Shown here piece after piece: positions 1-7,841 of a stretch of DNA of 64,000 nucleotides. The translations under genes and the position numbers were made by a program. Numbering within the stretch: the stretch's first letter is position 1; every line of letters begins with the position of its first letter. Under the pieces are notes generated by a model, which was not told the DNA's origin, did no database searches, and saw only the letters and a program-made list of their open reading frames with translations. The stretch spans positions 32,001 through 96,000 of the forward strand of contig JAKSOL010000002.1 in the NCBI GenBank assembly GCA_024405635.1, written 5' to 3'. Source of the stretch: Salinivirgaceae bacterium. GTDB lineage: Bacteria > Bacteroidota > Bacteroidia > Bacteroidales > SZUA-534.

Positions 1-2
1 CG

Positions 3-761
3 GTTGCGGTTCCGCTTTTCAGCGAGCTTACAGCCATTGCTGCTAAGTTGCTCAATTCAACCATTGTGTTTATTGCAAATTTGCCAGGAGCAACATTGCC
101 TAATCGCGATGTGACTATTTTTCAGGCAATTACCATTTTCTCGTTCATAACATTTGCTTTGATTTGGTTAGTTGCCAAAAAACGATTTGCAGGTCAAGTT
201 TCGTTACTATGTGTGTTGGTGTTGCTTGTGGTTTATGCCGAAAAAACAATTCACACCGATCGCCAATCGTCGCTCAACGTGTATTACGATGCAAAAGCAC
301 CTTCAATTCATTTCTTTTCGGAGGGCGAATCGTGGTGGTGGCAAACAGATACAATGCCCACGCAGCACATTACTAAGGCCAACGAGTATTGGCGGGCGCA
401 TAAGTCACACATTGTTACCGATACTAGCAATATTAATGGTAAAATTATGTCAACTAGACGGTCGTTTTTTGCCTTTGGCGATGTTACTGGTTTGGTGCTT
501 AAACCAACAACCATGCTAGCACCGATGCAAAGTTCAATAACTCTTGATTATGTTGTGGTGTGCGGAAAAACAAAATATAGCAACTTGCAAAACAGTAATA
601 TAAAATATCGAACACTGATTGTTGATGCAACTATGCCGCCTTGGTATGTAAGAGACTGGTCAGTGGCTCCGGCAATTGAGTCGGTTTATAATGTTAGGGC
701 AAATGGTGCCGCCATGATTCAAAAAAACTGGCGAACGCAAAAAGCAATGGCGCAACGTTAG
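3..761 (+). CDS. comEC: ComEC/Rec2-family competence membrane protein, C-terminal part (5' truncated by window edge)
   Basis: Frame is open from base 3. Hydrophobic helices with 'NSTIVFIANLPGA', then a soluble tail ending 'LIVDATMP..YNVRANGA', as in Bacteroidota ComEC C-termini. Confidence 0.7.
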   Translation, partial: VAVPLFSELTAIAAKLLNSTIVFIANLPGATLPNRDVTIFQAITIFSFITFALIWLVAKKRFAGQVSLLCVLVLLVVYAEKTIHTDRQSSLNVYYDAKAPSIHFFSEGESWWWQTDTMPTQHITKANEYWRAHKSHIVTDTSNINGKIMSTRRSFFAFGDVTGLVLKPTTMLAPMQSSITLDYVVVCGKTKYSNLQNSNIKYRTLIVDATMPPWYVRDWSVAPAIESVYNVRANGAAMIQKNWRTQKAMAQR

Positions 762-773
762 TTTCAAAAACGC

Positions 774-1862
774 ATGGTTCAAGTTATTGCATCGGTTTTG
801 ATTGGTGTTGGCGCAATTTATTTTGTGCTAATGGCGGCTTTTTGTGTCGGCTTTAAGCGATTGCAAAAGGTTAAAATCAATGGCTCGCAAAAAATAAAAT
901 TTTCGGTGTCGATTATTCTGCCGTTTTGCAACGAACAACATAGCATATCGCAAACCATTGAGTCGATACTTGCGCAAATTGGTGTTGATTTTGAATTGAT
1001 TGCAGTTGACAATGCAAGTACCGACAATTCGCGTGAAATAGTTGACAATTTTGCCCAAACTGATTCACGTGTGCATGTTGTTAGTTGTGCTACAAAAGGA
1101 AAAAAGTATGCGCTACTTGCAGGTATTGCGGCTGCGCAACACGATGCCATTGTTACAATTGATGCCGATTGCCTTTATGGCGAAACGTGGTTAAAAAACA
1201 TGGCTGCAAGCTATTTGCAACTTAATGCAGTATTGCTTGCGGCTCCAGTTTGTGTAGCAAGCAGCAGTACTTTTTTCGGAACTTTTCAAGCTGTGGAGTT
1301 TAGTGCATTGGTGCGTTGTGGTATAGGCGCAGCGGGCGTTGGTTTCCCCATAATGTGCAATGGGTGTAATTTAATGTATAGCAAGTCGGTATTCAGTAAG
1401 CTAACCGACCCTTTGCGCATTGCTCAACCTTCAGGCGACGATGTTTTTTTGCTGCATAGCATGAAACGGAAATATCCAACAGGTATAAAGTTTGTTTGTT
1501 CTCGCGAAACAATAGCACACACAACACCAGTAACTACCATAAAACAGTTTTTGCAACAGCGCGCGCGTTGGGCATCAAAAGCGCCTGCTTATTCCGATGC
1601 TGCAACCATTGTTACCGCCCTAGTTGTTGCCGCAGAGCAAATTGCCTTGCTTGGTTCTTTGGTTTTAGCCTTGATGCAATGTTGGCAGCCCTTGTTAGTT
1701 GTGGGTTTGTCTAAATTGCTGATTGATAGTGCTATAATCTTTGCCGCGCCAAATCGTTTTGGCAAAAAAACGCTGATGCTAATGCCAGTTTTTGAAATAA
1801 TGCTTTCGGCCTATATGTTGGCATTAGTGCTTGGAGTGGGTAAATCAAAGCAATGGCGATAA
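774..1862 (+). CDS. Glycosyltransferase family 2, membrane-bound
   Basis: IILPFCNE, VDNASTD, DADC (DxD), GDD and QRARW (QxxRW) motifs; N- and C-terminal TM helices. Confidence 0.9.
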   Translation: MVQVIASVLIGVGAIYFVLMAAFCVGFKRLQKVKINGSQKIKFSVSIILPFCNEQHSISQTIESILAQIGVDFELIAVDNASTDNSREIVDNFAQTDSRVHVVSCATKGKKYALLAGIAAAQHDAIVTIDADCLYGETWLKNMAASYLQLNAVLLAAPVCVASSSTFFGTFQAVEFSALVRCGIGAAGVGFPIMCNGCNLMYSKSVFSKLTDPLRIAQPSGDDVFLLHSMKRKYPTGIKFVCSRETIAHTTPVTTIKQFLQQRARWASKAPAYSDAATIVTALVVAAEQIALLGSLVLALMQCWQPLLVVGLSKLLIDSAIIFAAPNRFGKKTLMLMPVFEIMLSAYMLALVLGVGKSKQWR

Positions 1863-1903
1863 CCAATTGCTATGTTGAGCCAAATTGATAAGAGTAGTGG
1901 AAC

Positions 1904-2425
1904 TTAAGCAAGTTGTTGAGTAGCAGCTTGATGCTCTGACAAGAAAAGTCGAATTGCGTACCAGCCACGTTTAACCAATTTTTGCAATTGAGGTTGCAAC
2001 TGGTTGTCGTTTAAATATATCTTGCTGATATTCAATTGTGACATTTCGTATGGCAAATTCTCTAACTTACACGAACTAGCATCAAGAATCGATAGATTTT
2101 TTAATTGCCCAATGCTTTGAGGAAGTGCCTTGATTGGGTTGTAGCTAATGTCAACGCATTTTAGGTTTTGCATCAAACCAAAGTTGCTAGGCAAACTCAA
2201 AATGTTGTTGCGCATCAGCAAAAGGTTTTCAAGGTTATGCAAATTAACAATCGAGTTAGGTAAAGTAGTTATGTTGTTGTAACCTAAGTTCAAATGCTTT
2301 AGCGATGTTAACTCACCAATGGCCTCAGGAAGTACCGTTATTTCTCTATTTGATAAGTCAAGATACTCGCGATTCTCAACTTTGGTGCGGTTAATGATTT
2401 CTAATATATCATCAATTTCTAACAT
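1904..2425 (-). CDS. Leucine-rich repeat protein (about 6 LRRs, cytoplasmic)
   Basis: Repeated LxxLxLxxNxLxxLPxxIGxL units. Start moved to ATG 2425 because a TACTTTTG -7 box lies at 2455-2448. Confidence 0.85.
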   Translation of the reverse strand: MLEIDDILEIINRTKVENREYLDLSNREITVLPEAIGELTSLKHLNLGYNNITTLPNSIVNLHNLENLLLMRNNILSLPSNFGLMQNLKCVDISYNPIKALPQSIGQLKNLSILDASSCKLENLPYEMSQLNISKIYLNDNQLQPQLQKLVKRGWYAIRLFLSEHQAATQQLA

Positions 2426-2447
2426 ACTAACTGTGTTTTTTGCGTTA

Positions 2448-2455
2448 CAAAAGTA
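2448..2455 (-). promoter_or_regulatory. Bacteroidota -7 promoter box for the LRR gene
   Basis: TACTTTTG on the minus strand matches TAnnTTTG, 22 nt upstream of the ATG. Confidence 0.6.
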
Positions 2456-2648
2456 AGCAATGTATTGAGCGATGAACAATTACTTTGTGCTTTTTTATAA
2501 AAATGTGACAAAATGGTGCTATAGTTATGTGTTTTGGCAATCGGTTGCAAACGTAATGTGACGAATATCAAGTGCTAAAGTTGCATTTCAACAATAAAAC
2601 GTGAACATTTGCAAATAAATTTTTCACCCAATAATTACTAAAACTTAA

Positions 2649-2879
2649 ATGGAACAAGTATTTGGACCAAGTAGGCAAGAGTTAATTGAATTGGCCAATA
2701 CTCGCATGCCATTTGGCAAATACAAAGGCCGGTTGCTTATAGAACTGCCCGAACCTTATTTGGTTTGGTATAGGCAACAAGGTTTCCCAGCAGGCAAACT
2801 GGGCGCGCAGTTGCAACTAATGTATGAGGTGAAACTTAATGGCCTCGAAAAATTGATTTGGCCAATGGTGCAGAAATAA
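2649..2879 (+). CDS. DUF3820-family small protein
   Basis: MPFGKYKGRLLIELPEPYLVW..GFPAGKLG..YEVKLNGLE signature. Confidence 0.85.
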   Translation: MEQVFGPSRQELIELANTRMPFGKYKGRLLIELPEPYLVWYRQQGFPAGKLGAQLQLMYEVKLNGLEKLIWPMVQK

Positions 2880-2910
2880 ATTGGTTTTTAGTATAGGCTC
2901 ATATTAAAGA

Positions 2911-2950
2911 AAACAAAAGGAGAACTGCGGCTGAGGCTCTCCTTCTTTGT
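2911..2950. terminator. Probable terminator between convergent DUF3820 and porX
   Basis: AAGGAGA/TCTCCTT stem flanked by A-rich and T-rich tracts; imperfect. Confidence 0.45.
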
Positions 2951-2957
2951 TCTGTAG

Positions 2958-4508
2958 CTATTTACCAGCAAGGGTAATTACCGGAATTAACATCTCATCC
3001 ATGCTTATGCCGCCGTGCTGAAAAGTGTTTCGGTAATACGAAACATAGTGATTGTAGTTGTTTGGGTAGGCAAAAAAGTTGTTGCCAAATGCAAAAATGT
3101 ACGATGAACTCACATTGAGCCTAGGTAAACACACGCTTTGTGGATTCTTAATCTCAAACACCTCGCGAGGATTATAAGTCAACTGTTTACCATGTTTGTA
3201 GCGCAGGTTTAAACTTACTTCTTTGTCGCCCACTACTTTTATTGGGTTTGAAACCTGAGTGGTGCCATGGTCGGTTGTTATAACAATGTTTATGTTTTTG
3301 TCGGCCAGTAGTTTAAGTAAATCGAAAAGAGTGCTATGCTCAAACCACGAGCAAGTTATGCTGCGGTAGGCTTTTTCGTCGCTCACAAGCTCTTTAATCA
3401 TGTTCATTTCGGTGCGAGCATGCGACAGCATATCAACAAAATTTACCACAATAACCGACAAATCGTTTTGCATTATTTTGTTCACGCAGTCGGTTAGGCG
3501 TTGGCTTTTGTCAAGGTTGTGAATTTTGTCAAAGTAAAGGCTACAGTTGGCACCAAGTCGAGTAAGTTGTTTGCGGAGCAATTCGTCTTCGTGAGCATTT
3601 TTGCTTTCATCTTCGTTTTCGTTAACCCAAAGGTTGGGCATCAGTTTTTGTATTTCCGACGGCATCAGTCCAGCAAAAAGGGCGTTGCGAGCAAACTGAG
3701 TTGAAGTTGGCAAAATGCTGTAGTAAATATCTTCGTTGGTTACGTTGTAGTACGGAGTTAGCAATGGTTCAAGTACTTCCCATTGGTCGAAACGAAAATT
3801 GTCAATTACCAACAAAAGGGTGCGGCCTTGTTGTAAAACGGGCATTATTTTGTTGCGGAACATTGTGGCAGAGTGGGTTGGGGTGCTGCTGTTTGGTGCC
3901 GAAATCCAATCGACATAGTTGTCTTTTACAAATCGAGCAAAACGATTTTCGGCCTCGTTTTTTTGGTCGTGCAGCAGTTGCTCCATTCCTTCGGTTCCAT
4001 TTTTTAATAATTCCAAGTCCCAGTAAACCAGTTTTTTGTGAACGTCAATCCAGCCTTTTGCATCGAGTTTGCTATTTATTAGGTCGCCAAGTTCCATAAA
4101 ATGCGACTGATAGTTTAGCGTGGTTTTTTCGCTCACAAGGCGTTTTTGCTCGGTTATCTTTTTAATGGCCATTAAAATCTGCATTGGATTAACGGGCTTA
4201 ATTAGATAATCGTTTATCTGTGAGCCAATTGCCTCGTCCATAATAAACTCCTCTTCGCTTTTGGTAATCATAACAATAGGCATTTGCGGACGAATGCTTT
4301 TTATGTGTCGCAAAGTTTCAATGCCGCTCATTCCGGGCATGTTTTCGTCTAAAAAAACAATGTCGTAAAGGTTGTTGGTTACCAAATCAATGGCATCGTT
4401 GCCGTTGTTTACGGTTGAAATTTCGTAGTCTTTTGATTGCAAAAAAATTGTGTGAGGTTTCAACAGGTCAATTTCGTCGTCAACCCAAAGGATGCTGGCT
4501 TTGCTCAT
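2958..4508 (-). CDS. porX: T9SS response regulator PorX (receiver + PglZ/alkaline-phosphatase domain)
   Basis: ILWVDDEIDLLKPH, FLDENMPG receiver; LPTSTQFARNALF, TTDHG and FQHGGISMDEM PglZ motifs. Start at MSKASIL (4508). Confidence 0.92.
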   Translation of the reverse strand: MSKASILWVDDEIDLLKPHTIFLQSKDYEISTVNNGNDAIDLVTNNLYDIVFLDENMPGMSGIETLRHIKSIRPQMPIVMITKSEEEFIMDEAIGSQINDYLIKPVNPMQILMAIKKITEQKRLVSEKTTLNYQSHFMELGDLINSKLDAKGWIDVHKKLVYWDLELLKNGTEGMEQLLHDQKNEAENRFARFVKDNYVDWISAPNSSTPTHSATMFRNKIMPVLQQGRTLLLVIDNFRFDQWEVLEPLLTPYYNVTNEDIYYSILPTSTQFARNALFAGLMPSEIQKLMPNLWVNENEDESKNAHEDELLRKQLTRLGANCSLYFDKIHNLDKSQRLTDCVNKIMQNDLSVIVVNFVDMLSHARTEMNMIKELVSDEKAYRSITCSWFEHSTLFDLLKLLADKNINIVITTDHGTTQVSNPIKVVGDKEVSLNLRYKHGKQLTYNPREVFEIKNPQSVCLPRLNVSSSYIFAFGNNFFAYPNNYNHYVSYYRNTFQHGGISMDEMLIPVITLAGK

Positions 4509-4573
4509 ATATTGCTTTTTTGTTTTGAGTTTAAAACGAAGATAGTTGTTTATTGTTGTTTGTGCCCGAAAGA

Positions 4574-4603
4574 TTTGCAGCAATAAAAATTTTTCTACTT
4601 TTG
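4574..4603 (+). promoter_or_regulatory. -33/-7 promoter of the SRP RNA gene
   Basis: TTTG at 4574-4577 and TACTTTTG at 4596-4603, immediately before the RNA stem. Confidence 0.75.
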
Positions 4604-4607
4604 CGGC

Positions 4608-4704
4608 GGGTAAGTCTTATACGACCAGCTCCTGTTAAACTCCCCCAGGGCCGGAAGGCAGCAAGGTAATACGGTTGTAGCGGTGCGATGTAAGTAGCTT
4701 ACCC
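4608..4704 (+). ncRNA. ffs: Signal recognition particle RNA (4.5S, small bacterial SRP)
   Basis: Domain IV core CAGGGCC-GGAA-GGCAGCAAGG; terminal helix GGGTAAG...CTTACCC followed by a T-run; about 97 nt. Confidence 0.92.
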
Positions 4705-4721
4705 ATTTTTTTTGCCTTGAA

Positions 4722-5441
4722 ATGAACTCAAAGATATTTCAGATTGATGGTGTTGGTGGGGTTGAGGTAGTTAAGCATCATGCTGCCCGTCGAATTACTA
4801 TTAAGCTGAGTGCCAATAAATTGCCTCGTGTTACCATTCCTACACTCATGGCATATCAAATGGGTTATCTTTTTGCTTGCGAAAAAAAACAATGGATAAT
4901 TGAACATCAGAAACAACTTGCCGACAAGTGCAACACGTTGTTGCTTTATCCTCAAGGTCAGGCTCTTACAACTATGTTCCATACTTTTGTTGCGCAGTTG
5001 CACGATGGTCAGATGTTTCAAGTGCGAAAAACCGATAGCTGCCACATTTTGCTTGTTCCCAAAATGCTTGGCATTGAGCATCAGCAAACGCAACAAGTGA
5101 TTCGTAAATACATAAACGAACAACTGCGTAGCGATGCAAAACGTTATTTGCCGCAATACACAATGGAAGTGGCGCAAAAATTGGGCATTAAAGTTGCTTC
5201 AGTATCGGTGCGTAACATGGTATCGCGTTGGGGATCGTGCTCGTCAAAAGCCGACATTCACCTTAATACGCAGTTGATGCGATTACCGCATGAATTGGTG
5301 CAACTTGTTGTGGTTCATGAACTTTGTCACATTGTTCATCATAATCATAGTGCGCAATTTCATGCTTTGGTAAACAAACTGTTGGGTGGTCGCGAGGCTG
5401 AACTTGAAAAAAAACTGAAACAATATAGAACGGTGATATGA
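4722..5441 (+). CDS. YgjP/M48-like zinc metallohydrolase (DUF45)
   Basis: SRWGSCS and VVHELCHIVHHNHS (HExxH) motifs. Confidence 0.88.
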   Translation: MNSKIFQIDGVGGVEVVKHHAARRITIKLSANKLPRVTIPTLMAYQMGYLFACEKKQWIIEHQKQLADKCNTLLLYPQGQALTTMFHTFVAQLHDGQMFQVRKTDSCHILLVPKMLGIEHQQTQQVIRKYINEQLRSDAKRYLPQYTMEVAQKLGIKVASVSVRNMVSRWGSCSSKADIHLNTQLMRLPHELVQLVVVHELCHIVHHNHSAQFHALVNKLLGGREAELEKKLKQYRTVI

Positions 5442-6667
5442 ATAAACAACTTGCAACTCGCTTTTTGCGTTATGTAAACATCGACACGCAAAGCGATGCT
5501 TCGTCAACAACTTGCCCTAGTACAGGCAAACAATTTAACCTTGTTAAGTTGCTGGCCGATGAATTGGTTGATATGGGTGTAACAAAAGTAAATGTTGACC
5601 AAAACGGTTACCTATTTGCAACCATTCCGGCAAACACCACAAAACAAGTTCCTGTTATTGGATTCATTGCCCATGTTGATACCAGTCCCGACATGTCCGG
5701 AAACAATATAAAACCGCGCATAGTTGAAAATTATGCAGGGGCCGACATTGTGCTTAACGAGTGTGATGGAATAATTCTATCGCCGTCAGACTCGCCCGAG
5801 TTGCTCAACTATATAGGCAACGACCTTGTAGTAACCGATGGCCACACACTGCTTGGCGCCGACGACAAGTCGGGAATTACCGCAATTATGCTGATGGCCG
5901 AGTTTTTAGTTTCTCATCCCGAATTTGAACATGGTACAGTAAAAATTGGCTTTACTCCCGACGAAGAAATTGGTCGCGGTGCCGATTTGTTTAACGTTGA
6001 AAATTTTGGTGCCGATTATGCATATACCATTGATGGTGAGGGACTTGGCGCTATTGAATTTGAAAACTTTAATGCCGCATCGGCCATTTTTGATGTTAAA
6101 GGTCGCGAGGTTCACCCTGGAAGCGGAAAAGATAAAATGGTAAACGCTTGTCTGATGCTAGCTCGCATTATTGGCAGCATTCCTGTTGACCAAACTCCAC
6201 GATATACCGATGGCTATCAAGGTTTTTTCCATACACACACCATTGAGGGAAATGTTGAACACGCGCACGCCGAAATGCTTATTCGCGACCACGATAGCAA
6301 TAAGTTTCAGCAGAAAAAAGATTGGCTTAAAGCAACCGTTAGTGCGCTTTGTAACGAATATGGTGGCGAGTACATCAGTCTAACCATTACCGACCAGTAT
6401 AAAAATATGCGTGAAAAAATTGAGCCGCACATGCACTTAATTGAAACCGCAATGGAGGCAATGCGTCAAATTGGAATTGAACCTAAAGTTTCTCCAATTA
6501 GAGGCGGAACCGATGGCGCACGCTTATCGTATATGGGCTTGCCAACGCCAAATATTTTTGCGGGCGGACATAACTTCCACAGCCGTTACGAGTACGTGCC
6601 TTTGCAAAGCATTGAAAAAGCAAGCCAAACTATTTTGAAGATTATTGAACTATACGCGGCAAAGTAA
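5438..6667 (+). CDS. pepT: Peptidase T (M20B)
   Basis: AHVDTS, LLGADDKSG, TPDEEIGRGA and IRGGTDG motifs; ATGA overlap with the upstream gene. Confidence 0.96.
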   Translation: MNKQLATRFLRYVNIDTQSDASSTTCPSTGKQFNLVKLLADELVDMGVTKVNVDQNGYLFATIPANTTKQVPVIGFIAHVDTSPDMSGNNIKPRIVENYAGADIVLNECDGIILSPSDSPELLNYIGNDLVVTDGHTLLGADDKSGITAIMLMAEFLVSHPEFEHGTVKIGFTPDEEIGRGADLFNVENFGADYAYTIDGEGLGAIEFENFNAASAIFDVKGREVHPGSGKDKMVNACLMLARIIGSIPVDQTPRYTDGYQGFFHTHTIEGNVEHAHAEMLIRDHDSNKFQQKKDWLKATVSALCNEYGGEYISLTITDQYKNMREKIEPHMHLIETAMEAMRQIGIEPKVSPIRGGTDGARLSYMGLPTPNIFAGGHNFHSRYEYVPLQSIEKASQTILKIIELYAAK

Positions 6668-6771
6668 TTGGTAAACTGTTTTTTTAATTAGTTATTAAAC
6701 TAACATGCAGCTCTTTGGAGGTTTAACTTGTTGAAATAAAAGAGTTGTATGCAACAACAAAGGTTCTCAAT

Positions 6772-7785
6772 ATGAAGAATCAGCATAAAAAACTATCGCT
6801 AAAAAGTAGGTTGGCTTATTTCCGCATTTGGCAAGTATCAGGTCAAATGATTGGTCGTAGCAACAGTATTATTTACGAGCGTTGCGAGTGCGTTAACTGT
6901 GGCGAAATGTTTAATGGCAACTACTGCCCAAACTGTGGCCAAAGCGCAAAAGAGAAACGTCTTACTTTGCGTAGTGCATTCGAAAACTTGTTTTCGCTGT
7001 TACTTAATACCGACAAGGGATTTGTTTACACGTTGCTGTGCCTTATTTTTAGGCCAGGCTACATGATTCTTGACTATATAAGAGGCAAGCGGGCGCGTTA
7101 CACACGGCCAGTTCAGTTGCTGTTTTTTACGGTTACCATTTTTTTTGTAATCGATTATGTAGCAAACTTGTCGTTTAATATTGGCCAAAGCATAAACGAT
7201 TATTTGGACAAGGTGGTTGAAGATGTGCATACCGATACTTTGGCAAACACCGATACACACAACATGGCTTTGGTGTCGCAGTTCCCGCAATATGTTGAAC
7301 CAGACTCGTTGCACATTAGCAACAAAACAAAGGTTGTGATTAGAGACGATAACAATGGCAACGAGTTCTTGCTAAACATGGCTGCAGTGGGTGCAATAAT
7401 TGAGAGTATTAAGAGTTGGGTTGTTAATCACATGGGAGTGGTGGCATTGCTCATAATGCTGTTTCTTATTTTCCCCATGTGGATTAGCTATAGAACTACA
7501 AATGTTGGCAAAACGCTGAATTTAACAGAATGTTTCTTTGCTATTGTTTTTATGGGTAGCCAGGCTTTCCTATTGCGATTGATATTGTTTGCGGTACCAA
7601 ACGGAATAATGTTGTTTATAGTTTATCCGATAATGTTTATATGCAATTGCCATCAATTATATAGAATATCGTGGAAGAGCAGCTTAAAGCGAATGTTGCT
7701 ATTCTCGTTCCTAATGTTTATTGAGTTTGTGGTAGTAGTGACAGTGGTGTCTTTTTTTGCCGAGTATATTTTTGACAGTTTGTAA
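6772..7785 (+). CDS. DUF3667 domain membrane protein with N-terminal zinc ribbon
   Basis: CVNCG..GNYCPNCGQ, then 'TL..LIFRPG....DYIRGKRARY..P' and several TM helices. ATG 6772 preferred over TTG 6745. Confidence 0.85.
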   Translation: MKNQHKKLSLKSRLAYFRIWQVSGQMIGRSNSIIYERCECVNCGEMFNGNYCPNCGQSAKEKRLTLRSAFENLFSLLLNTDKGFVYTLLCLIFRPGYMILDYIRGKRARYTRPVQLLFFTVTIFFVIDYVANLSFNIGQSINDYLDKVVEDVHTDTLANTDTHNMALVSQFPQYVEPDSLHISNKTKVVIRDDNNGNEFLLNMAAVGAIIESIKSWVVNHMGVVALLIMLFLIFPMWISYRTTNVGKTLNLTECFFAIVFMGSQAFLLRLILFAVPNGIMLFIVYPIMFICNCHQLYRISWKSSLKRMLLFSFLMFIEFVVVVTVVSFFAEYIFDSL

Positions 7786-7841
7786 GCAGGTTGAATTTGC
7801 AATTTTCATGACTATTGAAGAGCATTTTGGCGAAAAAGGGC

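Noticed and set aside
2958-4508. PglZ domain as a sign of a BREX defence system
   Set aside because: It is fused to a receiver domain (PorX), and no brxC, pglX or brxL genes are present.
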